DNA from: Eledone cirrhosa
Lineage: Eukaryota
DNA: 64,000 nucleotides
Assembly: GCA_964016885.1 (NCBI GenBank)
Contig: OZ024754.1
Span: 20,460,001 to 20,524,000 of the forward strand
Direction: 5' to 3'
Shown: positions 17,834-31,360 of the stretch, piece after piece
Numbering within the stretch: position 1 is the stretch's first letter
How the letters are laid out: each line of letters starts with the position of its first letter
Program-made: the position numbers and the translations under genes
Notes under the pieces: model-generated
What the model saw: the letters and a program-made list of their open reading frames with translations, nothing else
Database searches by the model: none
Told to the model about the DNA's origin: nothing

Positions 17834-18877
17834 TTTGCATTATGTAAGATCCGTGGCTACTCAGAGGATAAAGATGAACATCCTGGTAGCAGATGTGGTT
17901 AGAATGAGGAAAAAATGTATTCTGCAATTGTCAGCCTTTGGAATTGTGAAAGCATGGTATTTCTCTAAGTATAACCAATAAGACAGTGAGGCTGTATAAA
18001 AGAACCATGAAAACACCATCAGCTGAGATATGAATAGGGTATGCTGTGTACATCAGAGGAAATCCAGAAACAGATTAGAAAAGATAGGAAACTAGGTAAA
18101 TCACACTGATGGTGTGATAAGTAACAAATTGCTGAAGTTGAAGGTTTTTTGACACTGCCCACTAGAACACAAACTACTTTACATGTATTTTAAATTGCAT
18201 GCGGACTTTATGGACACCCTGTATTTAGGACAATTTAGATGAAATGAAATTAGGTAGATCAATGAAATTACTAATCTGAAGGATATATCCATTCAAGAAA
18301 ATCTTCTGTGCAAGGCTTGTGACAGAAACTTACAAGTAAACTGTAAAACTAGGGCCGTAACATACTGAGATGTATGTAGAGATAAAGTAGGACATTACTT
18401 ACAACTTGTAAGATGAACAGCTTGTAGCATAGGTTCAAGAATAGAACACTGATATTTGTACAATGAAAAAGAAAACTAGCACTGGTACTCTACACAGGAT
18501 GCCAAAGATAACCATGGTAGTTCGATTGACAACATGGAGATAAAATGCTTTCAGCACACCCACATAATCCATCACTTTGACATGTTACACCCACTCTCTT
18601 AATAGAAAGTACAAACAGAATAACAACACCTTTACCACCACCAAGATTCAAGGTAATGAAATGCAAAAATAATTGTATGCAAAAATAATGACAGAAAAAA
18701 ACACACACAAAAACAAACAATTAATGACATAACAAATAACATAATACCATAGAGTTTATGGCAGTACATTATTGCAAACCGTATTGAAAATCAAAATAGT
18801 TGATTAATCAGTCATGGGTGCACACACACACGTGTTTATGTGTATCCATCATCTAACATCAGAGAGATGGTGAGCCT

Positions 18878-19206
18878 AGACATGGTTTTGTGGTTAAGAC
18901 ATTAGCTACACAACTACATGGTTTAGGATTTGGTTTCACTGTGAGGTGTCTTCTACTATAGTCTTGAGTTGAAAAAATATCTTGAGAGTGAAATGAGGTA
19001 GGTTGTAACTGTGGGTGACCATTGTGCGTCTGTGTCCACCACATAACTGGTGTTGTTTGTTTGCGGCCTGTAATGGAAGAGTTTTTCAAAAAAAGCTTAA
19101 ATTAATACTAGACTTAAAAAATAAGTACTAGTGCTGATATGATCAACTAAACCCTTAAATGTAGTACTCCAATGTGGGCACTGTCTAATGACTGACACTA
19201 GTAAAA
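18878..19206 (+). mobile_element. Diverged tRNA-type SINE ending in a CR1-like tail
   Basis: Head CATGGTTTTGTGGTTAAGA, GTGTCTTCTACTATAG. Tail CTCCAATGTGG...AATGACTGACACTAGTAAAA. Confidence 0.5.
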
Positions 19207-19420
19207 TATCTGTTGATTTGTATACACATGTATGTGTGGGTGTGTATAAGAGGATAGTATTTGTATGGAAAATACTGAAAAACAAGTTTAATAAAAGATA
19301 TATGAAGCCATCTGGTGCTGAATGGTGTCACATGTCACGCATCAGTGGATAACAAAAGCAAAATACATGACAACCAATAAACCACATAACAGAATAAATA
19401 TGTATTTATATATAATATAA

Positions 19421-19599
19421 TTGTTTCTACTTTTGGCACAAGGCCAGCAATTACCCAGTGCATTACTGGTACTTATTTTATCTACCCCGTAAGGATGAAA
19501 GGCAAAGTGAACCTCGGCGGGATTTGAACTCAGACCGTAGAGGGACGTAACTATGCTGGAAAGCATGGCGTCCGACCCTCTACCGATACTGCCAATCCA
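19421..19599 (-). mobile_element. Young tRNA-type SINE with Nin/Deu-like core
   Basis: Nearly identical to 43528-43709. GGATTTGAACTC (B-box on the minus strand). Flanked by an ATATATAATATAAT TSD-like duplication. Confidence 0.88.
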
Positions 19600-20216
19600 T
19601 ATATATAATATAATGTAATTTAATATATATATGAGAAAGAGAGAGGGACATGTTTGTATACATATCATAAAAATAAACACACTCATCGTCTTATGCAAAA
19701 ACACAGCACCTATGCCCTAAATTAGAATCATACACACACCCTACAAACATATAGGCATCACCATATTCAAAAGCTGACTTATTCCATAGAGTGGATGCTA
19801 CTTGCATGGTAAAGGCATGGAGCATGTGTTATCAATAAGGCCACAGTGTAACGAAAGGATTTTTCACAAACAAATAAATTGATTGATTAGATAACTAATC
19901 AGTCGATACCAAAACAGTACATGTTTCATTGGCAGCAGAATCTCAAAGTTCAACAATAGCTGTTTAAATACACAATTTCACATCATGAATCTCATACAAC
20001 ATACCTATTGATTTGGCTCTGTATTTATTGTTGTGGTATATGTTTGATCACTGCCTTTGGTCATTTTTCTTGGTGTCACACTTTTTAACTGTTGTTTACT
20101 CTGGACAGTAGTATATTAACATACCGCTCTATTGATTCATGATTGCCTCAAACAACTTGATTAGTACCTGCTATATAGCAGCTACAACACATGGAAAGTG
20201 GACGTTAAACGATGAT

Positions 20217-20255
<39 letters not shown>

Positions 20256-20639
20256 TGTGTGCGTGCATGCGTGTGCTTCCTCATATTGCTGAAGCTCTTA
20301 AACTAACTGCTTCTAATACACAGAAATCTTTCTTATTTTAACATGGCTTCAAATATTCCAGAAAAAGAATCTGAACATGCAATTTGTCCGTTATATAATT
20401 CACATAAAGCTAACTGACCTTTCAAATATACTACACAGTTAATTCTTTTAATGGTTGTATCATTAACCCTTTTAATACCAAACTGCCTGAAACCAGCCAT
20501 GATTCTGCAATACGAAACTGTTTATTTTAAAATGTTTATATTTATTTAAAAACCTGTCATCATAACTTTGGCCTTTGACCAAAGAGACCTAAGCTTCTTA
20601 AGTAATTGGTTTAAACAATTAAATAGCATCCTTAGATTT

Positions 20640-21690
20640 CTGAGAGGGTTGTAGAGGAAGAGTCCTCAAGCATGCCTTCCAGTGGGTCCTGTCAGAAGCA
20701 ACTGTCTCCAATTGATCCAACTGGATCCTCAAGCGAGATCATCTGAGCTCAATGATATTATCTAACCATCTTGCTCTGGGTCTTCTGGTGGTTAGTTTTA
20801 CCCATAAAATTTGTCCAAAGATTCTTTCCTGAGACATTCTAATCACATGCCCATAGTATCTCTCAATACGGAGAAGTAGTTGCTCTACCTGGAGAGACTC
20901 TGATCTCAGAGTTACACACTATCAAGTAACGTTACTCCAAAGACCCTTCAGAGGAAACGCATTTTAGCTGCTTCTATTCGTGATCATATTCTTTTGGTTA
21001 TTACCCAAGATTTATGACCATAGGTAAGGGTTGGCACAAATACAGAATTGAAGATAGCAAATTTGGCTTTTACGCATACCTCCCTTTGTCTGATGACAAC
21101 CTATCAACTTCTGACAAGTTATGTAGTACCATGTTTGCAAATTCCAACAGACTGATCCTGCACTCTCAAGTCTTGATACCGCACCCAACCAGGCTGCACA
21201 TGTTAATCCAGTTCATGAAGATTATGAACAGGAGTTGACAGTATGTACCTTTGGCAGAATCTGATACCCACATTGAATGGTTTCAACTTAGCACCATTTA
21301 TCTGAACACTAGGGCATTTGTATAGAGACATCAGATACTGTTGTGACCAGTTTTAGGAGATCAAAGTATTCTCTCTACATTGCAAGGATTCACCTCTCTG
21401 AAGAGAGTAGAGACCCCATATGCATACCTGATAGCAGGTGTGGAGGAAGACTTCTTATTACAAAATCAATGGATGGTCTGCTATAATACTTTATTTGATC
21501 TAATCTGTTCCTGTATATTTGTATGTTCTGAGACTGCAGCAAAGATGGCTATGTCCACCCGCAGCATGACTGTTGCTATTTCTTTATACTTCATTTTATA
21601 GGTCGTGCTTTTTATCCTGATAGTATACATCACTACACTGTGTTATGAGGTTGTGATGTTGCTCAAAGGGAGAAACAGTGATTCATAGTT
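20640..21690 (-). mobile_element. Degraded RTE-clade LINE (second family)
   Basis: Minus-strand translation fragments VPTLTYGHKSWVITKR, EAAKMRFL, YYGHVIRMSQER, RPRARWLDNI. Homologous to 41530-41752. Confidence 0.8.
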
Positions 21691-22734
21691 GCTGGCAGTA
21701 AAACTCAAGATAAATCTCAAAGAGATGTATTTCTGGAGAAGAATTTGGAAACGTGAACATAAAATGTTGAAACTCATTTGAGGATGAGAGAAGAAAAATA
21801 TATCTCCTAACATCTTAGGTGTGTATCTTATAACTTGAACAATATGCTATTTCAGTTAGCATAAGTAGTCTGCAGTAAATACATAACACTTTCTAGTATC
21901 AACTATTATATCAGTATTTAAGATTGGTGCTTAATATTTTCAAAATTAAATAATTTTTCTTGCTGAAGAAAAACTAGATCTTATACAGCCATAAATCCAA
22001 CAAATTAACTGCATCCTATCATTTTGAGTGTAAGAAGTTAGGGGTTAAAATACTTGCTTGAGGGAGGTTTCCTCTCTGAAGACCTGTTGTCCAGCTCTCC
22101 TGAGAGTTTCTTACAACATAATTCTCTCTCATAGTGTAACATTGAAGACCTGGTAAACTCTGATATTTTATTAAATTATTTGTTATTCAAATAAAATGTT
22201 TTGATTCCTGCATGAGAGGAAGTAGGAAGTATATTAATTTAACCAATAACATTTTAACAATTCAATATATTAATATATTTCCTCAGTCTACTGTTTAAGT
22301 GTCTTTTGTCATACTTAAAAATAAGTAATTAATAAGCCATATATTTAGGTCCTATTTCAACTAATAGGGTTTTGAAATAACTCTGAGTTGTTTATTCTGA
22401 ATTTTGTCCTGTTCCTTTTTTATTATCTCAGGACCTGTGTAGACCCAAGGCTCATCTTTGTTTCTGAGTGTCTTAGAACTGTATGGCAGTATTAGGTCTA
22501 CTTAATTATTTCACACATTACATGTGGTTGTTTCATTGCTACCGTTAAGTAAAAGAGTGTTGTCATATAGAGTGAAGAGAGACAGAAAGTAAAGCAGTTA
22601 AATTATAGAGAGGGGGGATGATCTATTATAGAGAGAGGGAAGAGCGACAGAGAGAGTAAAGCTAAGAAACTATAGGGAGGTGTGTAGGATACATACATAA
22701 TACATACACATGACACTCAGCTTTATAATATTAT

Positions 22735-22736
22735 AG

Positions 22737-22823
<87 letters not shown>
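22735..22823. repeat. (TA)n microsatellite
   Basis: Direct observation. Confidence 0.95.
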
Positions 22824-22827
<4 letters not shown>

Positions 22828-23030
22828 ATACTTGGGGAGGGTCATATTGTTGGAATAATATTCCCAGAATTAATAACAGAACACACTCACTGTTTGGTTG
22901 TTTTCGCTTCTGTATATTTTATATCAGTTAATTTATTCGGTCCTCAATGTTTACCATTGAATGACCAACGGTAAAAAATACAGATATAATATAGACACAA
23001 TCACATATATAAAGGCTAACATAATGTATA
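22824..23030 (-). mobile_element. LTR-like terminus (family ending ...CCCTCCC(C/A)AAGTATAACA)
   Basis: TGTTATACTTGGGGAGGGTCAT is shared with 40698 and, as reverse complement, with 37111-37132. Confidence 0.45.
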
Positions 23031-23042
23031 TGTATATATATA

Positions 23043-23810
23043 CGACATACTTTTGGTGACAATTACAGTGAAGGAGGCAGTGGATTTGATGCAGGAAGCT
23101 GAGACTGTCGATGAGTGTGGGGCTGAGAATGAATGAGACTAAGACAAAATGTCTGGTAGAAAATGTTGAGAAGCCAGAGGGGATTACTATGATTACGATG
23201 TAGGCGGGAAGCCGCTGGAATTAGTTGAGGACTTCCTGTATTTGGGAGCAAAGATTGGGAATACGGAAGATGATGTGGTTGAGAGGAAGAGCAAAGCCTG
23301 GGCGGCGTGCCACATTTTGAGGTCGGTGTGGGAGTCGGACTTTCGTGGGAACCTGAAGATCCGCCTCTTCATTGCTGTAGTGGAGTCTGTGCCGCTGTAC
23401 GGGTCTGAGACTTGGACACTGACCAAGAAACTCACCCAGATGCTGGATGGGTGCTACACGAGAATGCTGAGCATGGCTCTGAACATTAATCAGTATATAC
23501 TGAGGATGAAAAACTCAGAGCTGTAGGGGAGCCTCCTAAAAGTCAGCTCAAAAGTGACACAGAGGAGACTGAGGTTAGCTGGACATGCCCACCGACATCC
23601 AGAGCTGACACTGCACTCAGTGCTCCTGTGGGAGCCCCTACATGGACACACTGGAAGTGGAAGACCAAGGTTAATGTATGTTGATGCCCGAAGGACAGAC
23701 ACTGGTCTGTTGGAGACGCAGGACATGGCAGCGATAATGAGGGACAGAGACCGCTAGAGAGAACTCGTCCATGGATCTCGGGAATTTTACCCGCTCTAGA
23801 TAGATAGAGT
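23043..23810 (+). mobile_element. 5'-truncated RTE-clade LINE (third family) with stops and a frameshift
   Basis: [68 protein letters not shown]. Short AGATAGATAGAG tail. Confidence 0.9.
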
Positions 23811-23811
23811 G

Positions 23812-23921
23812 ATATGTATATATATATATATATATGTATATATATGTATAAATGTATATATATATGTATATGTATATGTATATATATATGGATATGTATA
23901 TATATACATATATATACATAC

Positions 23922-23966
<45 letters not shown>

Positions 23967-23980
23967 TATATACATATACA

Positions 23981-24030
<50 letters not shown>

Positions 24031-24467
24031 TGTATATATACATATACATATATATATATACATATATATATACATACACATATATACATACACATATATA
24101 CATACATATATATATATATACATACATCATCATCATTTTGTTGCTGCGCTTATCAGCACAGCAACAAAATGATGATGTATGTATTTATATATATATATGC
24201 ATGTATGTATGTATGTATATGTATATATATATGTATGTATATGTATAAATATATGTATGTATGTATATGTATAAATATATGTATGTATATATATATGTAT
24301 GTATATGTATATATGTATGTATATGTATATATATATGTATATATATATGTATATATATATATGTATATGTATATATATATGTATATATATATGTATGTAT
24401 ATGTATATATATATGTATATATATATGTATATATATATGTATATATATATGTATGTATATATATATG

Positions 24468-24507
<40 letters not shown>

Positions 24508-24594
24508 TGTATGTATATATATATATGTATGTATATATATATGTATATATATATGTATGTATATATATATGTATATATATATATATGTATGTAA

Positions 24595-24627
<33 letters not shown>

Positions 24628-25785
24628 CATATATGTATATATATATATATATGTATATATATATAATTATATATATGTATATATATATATGTATATATAT
24701 ATAATTATACATATGTATATATATATATGTATATATATATAATTATACATATGTATATGTATATATGTATAATTATACATATGGATATGTATATATATAT
24801 GTATATATATATATATGTGTATATTTATGTATATATATATATGTGTGTATATTTATATATATGTATATATATGTGTATATATATGTGTATATATATGTGT
24901 ATATTTATATGTGTATATTTATATATGTGTATATTTATATATATGTGTATATTTATATATATGTGTATATTTATATATATGTGTATATATATATGTGTGT
25001 ATATATATATGTATATATATATGTGTATATATATGTGTATATTTATATATGTGTATATTTATATGTGTATATTTATATATGTGTATATTTATATATATGT
25101 GTATATTTATATGTGTCTATATATATGTGTGTATATATATATATGTATATATATATGTATATATATATGTGTATATTTATATATATGTATATATATATGT
25201 GTATATTTATATATATGTATATATATATGTGTATATTTATATATATGTATATATATATATATATGTGTGTATATTTATATATATGTATATATATATATAT
25301 GTGTATATTGATATATATGTATATATATATATGTGTATATTGATATATATGTATATATATATATGTGTATATGTATATATATATATATGTGTATATGTAT
25401 ATATATATATATGTGTATATATATTTATATATATGTATATATATATATATGTATATGTATATATATATATGTATATATATGTGTATATTTATATATGTGT
25501 ATATATATTTATATATATGTATATATATATATGTGTATATATATTTATATATTTATATATATGTATATATATATATATGTATATGTATTTATATATATGT
25601 GTATATTTATATATGTGTATATTTATATATGTGTATATTTATATATGTGTATATTTATATATGTGTATATTTATATATGTGTATATTTATATATATGTGT
25701 ATATTTATATATGTGTATATTTATATATGTGTATATTTATATATGTGTGTATTTATATATGTGTATATTTATACATGTGTATATT

Positions 25786-25820
<35 letters not shown>

Positions 25821-26103
25821 GTGTATATATATATATGTGTATATTTATATATATCTATATATATATGTGTATATTTATATATATCTATATATATATGTGT
25901 ATATTTATATATATCTATATATATATGTGTATATTTATATATATCTATATATATATATGTGTATATTTATATATATCTATATATATATATGTGTATATTT
26001 ATATATATCTATATATATATATGTGTATATTTATATATATCTATATATATATATGTGTATATTTATATATATCTATATATATATATATGTGTATATTTAT
26101 ATA
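23812..26103. repeat. Compound TA-rich microsatellite containing a central palindrome at 24128-24177
   Basis: TACA-type units to the left of 24128, TATG/TGTATATTTA-type units to the right. Confidence 0.95.
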
Positions 26104-27054
26104 TCTATATATATAAAACTGTGGTTGTCTGTCTGTCTATCGATTTTTGGCACACATCTCCTCTTAGAATCTCTCACGGAATTGCACCGAAATTGCTATA
26201 CTTGTACATTGAGCCCTAGCGAAGACATCGGAAAAAAAAAAATTTCAAATTGACCCACCCTATGTGACGAAATCGAATATAATGTATCGATTTTTGAGCG
26301 TAAGTTATCAGTTATTTCCCTTTGTTCTGTTTACATTGAGCGTCTTACGTAAAAAATTACGCTGGCTTTCTCATTTTTTATTAATAAATAACCAGTGCAG
26401 TTTTTATCCCCAGCATCCTCTTTTGTTATAACATTCGGGTTATCGTTATGTTTTCTTAACTTCATAAGGCATATTGTTGGTTGAGGGAATATTAATCAAA
26501 AACATCACATGCAAGTCTGCACAGTAGACACTACAGTTTTTAAGCCAAAAAAGAAACTTAACATTGTAACTTTAACACAGCTACTGAGCAACCCCGTTTT
26601 GCTTCATTTCCATTTAAAAGCATTTTAAAACAATATTTTTACTTGAAAACAAGTCTATTTAAAGACTACGTAAAACAAGCAAATATTTTGTCGTTAAGCG
26701 TGCAGACAGACAGTCGTGCAGACAGGTGATATAGGCGTGCAGACAGACATAACTGATAATTTGGTTACGCTAATGTTTTTCTCTGCGTTGCAGTGTTTAC
26801 ATTTTCGATCTTTGTTAATAAATAACCAGTGCAGTTTCTATCCCCAGCATCCTCTTTTGTTATAACATTCGGGTTATCGTTATGTTTTCTTAACTTCATA
26901 AGGCATATTGTTGGTTGAGGGAATATTAATCAAAAACACCACATGCAAGTCTGCACAGTAGACACTACAGTTTTTAAGCCAAGAAAGAAACTTAACATTG
27001 TAACTTTAACACAGCTACTGAGCGACCCCGAGCAACGCCGGGCTTTACTGCTAG
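26104..27054 (+). mobile_element. Non-autonomous Helitron (~950 bp)
   Basis: 5' A|TCTATATATATAAAA with subterminal (GTCT)n. 3' hairpin CCCGAGCAACGCCGGG (27027-27042) 8 nt before CTAG|T. Inserted at an A-T junction with no obvious TSD. Confidence 0.85.
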
Positions 27055-27055
27055 T

Positions 27056-27400
27056 ATATCTATATATATATGTGTGTATATATATATGTATATATATATA
27101 CACATATACATATATATATACATATATATATATACATATATATATGTATATATATATGTGTGTATATATATATATATATGTGTATATATGTATATATATA
27201 TGTGTGTATATATATATATATGTATATATATGCATATATATATGTGTATATATGTATATATATATATGTGTATATATGTATATATATATGTGTATATATA
27301 CTCTTTTACCTGTTTCAGCCATCCGGCTGAGGCCATGCTGGGGCACCGCCCTTGTATATATATATGTGTGTATATATATATATGTATATATATATGTGTG

Positions 27401-27432
<32 letters not shown>

Positions 27433-27437
27433 TACAC

Positions 27438-27485
<48 letters not shown>

Positions 27486-27850
27486 GTATATATATCTATA
27501 TGTATATGTGTATATGTATATATATCTATGTGTATATGTATATATATCTATATGTATATGTATATATGTATATATATATATATGTATATATATCTATATA
27601 TATATGTATATGTATATATATCTATATGTATATGTATATATATCTATATATATATGTATATGTATATATATCTATATATATATGTATATGTATATATATC
27701 TATATATATATGTATATGTATATATATCTATATATATATGTATATATATGTATATCTATATATATATGTATATATATGTATATGTATATGTATATATATC
27801 TATATATATATGTATATATATGTATATCTATATATATATGTATATATATG

Positions 27851-27885
<35 letters not shown>

Positions 27886-27900
27886 GTATGTATATATATG

Positions 27901-27939
<39 letters not shown>

Positions 27940-27940
27940 G

Positions 27941-27979
<39 letters not shown>

Positions 27980-28289
27980 GTATATATATATATATGTATG
28001 TATATATATGTATATATATATATGTATGTATATATATGTATATGTATATATGTATATATATATATGTATATATATATGTATATATATATATGTATATATA
28101 TATGTATATATATATGTATATATATATATGTATATATATATGTATATATATATGTATATATATATATGTATGTATATATATATGTATATATATGTATATA
28201 TATATGTATATATATATGTATATATATATATATGTATATATATATGTATATATATATGTATATATATATATGTATATATATATGTATAT
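27056..28289. repeat. Compound TA-rich microsatellite
   Basis: Direct observation. It supplies the spurious N-terminal 'YIY' half of the 827-aa ORF. Confidence 0.95.
27299..27355 (-). mobile_element. 57-bp 3'-tail-only copy of the CR1-type LINE at 30017-31074
   Basis: Reverse complement matches 31018-31074 with one mismatch. Confidence 0.9.
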
Positions 28290-29515
28290 GCCTTTGACAG
28301 GGTTGATCATAACATTCTACTGAGAAAGCTGTCCAATATTGGTGTCACTGGAAAGCTGCTGCAGTGGATCAAGAGCTTCCTGTCAAACAGAACCCAACAT
28401 GTTGTAGTTGAGGGAGTCAAATCAAGCCCAGCCAAAGTCAGTAGTGGGGTCCCACAAGGCACTGTGTTGGGCCCACTTCTCTTCATCATCTATATTAATG
28501 ACATCACTGACATCATCAAACACAGCAACATTAAAATTTTCGCTGATGATTCCAAGCTCCAAAAGGTCATCAATGGCGTGGATGACCGGATAAGCCTTCA
28601 GTCAGACCTACTGGCTGTTACCCAATGGGCAGAAAAGAACAACATGTTACTGAACGAAGACAAATTCGAACTGATCCACTTTGGAAAAGAGGATGCTCTG
28701 AAACTCCCATACTCCCTTCCCTCCGGGGAAACTCTCGTGGCATCTAACAACATCAGAGACTTGGGAGTAACCGTGGACAGCAACATAAGCTGGACCACGC
28801 ATATAAGCAGCAAAGTTGACATGGCCCGCAGAATGTGTTCCTGGATCCTCAGAACCTTCCAGTCGAGAGATTCCCGCACCATTATCCTTCTCTTCTCTAC
28901 TTTCGCCCGACCACACCTTGAATACTGTTGTCCACTGTGGTCTCCCCACACGAAACAAAGTATCATGAAACTTGAAGCTCCTCAAAGGGCAATCACGAAA
29001 AAGATAGATGGCATGTCAGACCTTGACTACTGGGGTCGATTAGAAAACCTGAAACTTTACTCACTCCAACGTCGCCGTGAGCGTTATATTATCTGCATGA
29101 TGTGGAAAATGTTCCATCATCACTGCCCAAATGATGTTGGCATCGCCTTCAAGATACACCCAAGGCTTGGGCCCCGTGCTATCCGTCCCATTCAAAAATC
29201 TAAATCGCAACTCATAACAACAATACGGCACAATTATTTCACCTCAATCGGCCCTGCTCTCTTCAACATCACACCAGGACACGTCAAAACAGAAACTGAC
29301 CACACAAAATTCAAGAAGTCTTTGGACAAATTCCTCCAAGTAATCCCGGACAAACCACCCACACCCGGATATGTCTCCGCAAACAGTAATTCTCTTCTCG
29401 AATGGGCCATGGTGCCCAAATCCTGAATTGAAAGACTTCGCCAGGTGGTGCTATTAAGTTAGACATGGCCTGGGCCAATACTGGCCAAAAACATTTCAAA
29501 GTTATTCAAAGTTAT
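28290..29515 (+). mobile_element. 5'-truncated CR1/L2-group LINE; uninterrupted RT and C-terminal frame (28290-29426)
   Basis: [55 protein letters not shown]. The 3' UTR has a stem-loop GGCCA-ATAC-TGGCC and a terminal repeat (TTCAAAGTTA)2. Confidence 0.95.
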
Positions 29516-29765
29516 ATGTATGTATATATATATATGTATGTATATATATATATGTATGTATATATATATATATATATATGTATGCATATATGTATATATA
29601 TATGTATATATGTATGTATATATGTATGTATATATGTATATATGTATGTATATATGTATGTATATATGTATATATGTATGTATATATGTATGTATATATG
29701 TATATATGTATGTATATATGTATGTATATATGTATATATGTATGTATATATGTATTGTATATATG

Positions 29766-29798
<33 letters not shown>

Positions 29799-30016
29799 GT
29801 ATATATGTATGTATATATGTATGTATATATGTATATGTATTATATATATATGTATGTATATATGTATATATATATATGTATGTATATATGTATATATATA
29901 ATATATGTATGTATTATGTATATATATATATATGTATGTTATATATGTATATATATATATGTATATATATATATGTATGTATATATGTATATATTTATTT
30001 ATATGTATATATATAT
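29516..30016. repeat. (TATG/TA)n microsatellite between two LINE insertions
   Basis: Direct observation. Confidence 0.95.
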
Positions 30017-31074
30017 GCCCCAGGGGACAGTCCTGGGACCACTACTGTTTTTGGTGGCTCTCTCGGACATGCCCTCTGTGGTGCATGCAACAACATCCCT
30101 CACTAGCTATGCTGATGACACTAAGGTAGCACAGGCAATCAAAAACCCGGCTGACGCTGCCCTTTTACAGCAGGATCTGGATGCCATATACAGATGGGCG
30201 GAAGAAAACAACATGCAGTTTAATGCTGGCAAATTCCAAGCCCTACAATACAAACCTGCAAACACAAACACAAATATAGTGGAACACAGCTACACAGGAC
30301 CAGGAGGGACCGATATCCCCGTGTCAAAATCGATACGAGACCTGGGCATAGACATGAGCGATGATGCATCTTTTTCTTCACACATCATGAAGGTGGCGAC
30401 AACATGTAGACGATTCGCTGGCTGGATCTTGAGGACTTTCCTAAGAGATCGAGACACCATGTTGACACTGGAGGACTTTTGTCCTAAGCCGCCTGGACTA
30501 CTGCTCCCACCTGTGGTCACCCCATAGTGTCAAACTAACCACGGAGCTTGAGGCAATCCAGCGAAGCTACACCAAGAGGATTGCCAAGATGAGGGAGACA
30601 AGCTACTGGGAGAGGCTAAAGGAACTGAACCTCTACTCCCTGGAGCGAAGACGGGAGAGATACGCAGTGATCTACATGTGGAAAAATCCTGGAGGGACTA
30701 GCACCAAACTTTGGCATTGGGAGCTGGACCAACAGTCGAACAGGACGTCACTGTGTGGTGCGAAAGGTCCCGTCTTCCATATCTAGAATAAGGAGCAGGT
30801 ATTGCAATAGCCTGGGATTCAAGGGCCCTCAACTCTTCAACAGGCTGCCGAGGCATCTGAGAGACTTGCATGACGTGGAGGTGGATGTCTTTAAAGAAAC
30901 ATCTCGACACCTTGTTATCCAGGGATCCCGGATGAGCCCACAGCAAGACATGAGGGAAACCTAAGGGCAGCAGCAACAAACTCCCTCCTATACAGGCTGG
31001 AGATAAAATGTGTAGCAACAAGGGCGGTGCCCCAGCATGGTCTCAGCCGGATGGCTGAAACAGGTAAAAGAGTA
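30017..31074 (+). mobile_element. 5'-truncated CR1/L2-group LINE, second family, with frameshifts
   Basis: [28 protein letters not shown]; SYWERLKELNLYSLERRRERY; GPQLFNRLP. 3' stem-loop TCAGCC-GGAT-GGCTGA, then GTAAAAGAGTA. Confidence 0.93.
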
Positions 31075-31299
31075 ATATGTATATATTTATTATATATATA
31101 TATATGTATATATTTATATATATGTATATATATATATATATATATTATATATATCATTATATATATATTTATATATTATCATATATATATATATATTTAT
31201 ATATTATGATAATATATATAATATATTATATTTATGTATATATAATATATATTATATTTATATTATAATATATATATATATATATATATATTATATTAA

Positions 31300-31360
<61 letters not shown>

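Noticed and set aside
18200-20500. Isolated DNA-transposon-like ends (GGACACCCTGTA at 18212-18223, Tc1/mariner-like; TTAACCCTTT at ~20463, piggyBac-like)
   Set aside because: No matching opposite terminus or transposase remnant could be identified, so they are not called as features.
26943-29426. 827-aa 'fusion protein' of a YIY repeat with reverse transcriptase
   Set aside because: Chance read-through from the Helitron end across a stop-free microsatellite into a 5'-truncated LINE. Only 28290-29426 is genuine RT sequence.
27299-31074. 57-bp terminal inverted repeats of a composite DNA transposon carrying two RT genes
   Set aside because: The repeat is the 3' tail of the second LINE. The inverted copy is better explained as an independent truncated insertion, and there is no transposase or TSD.
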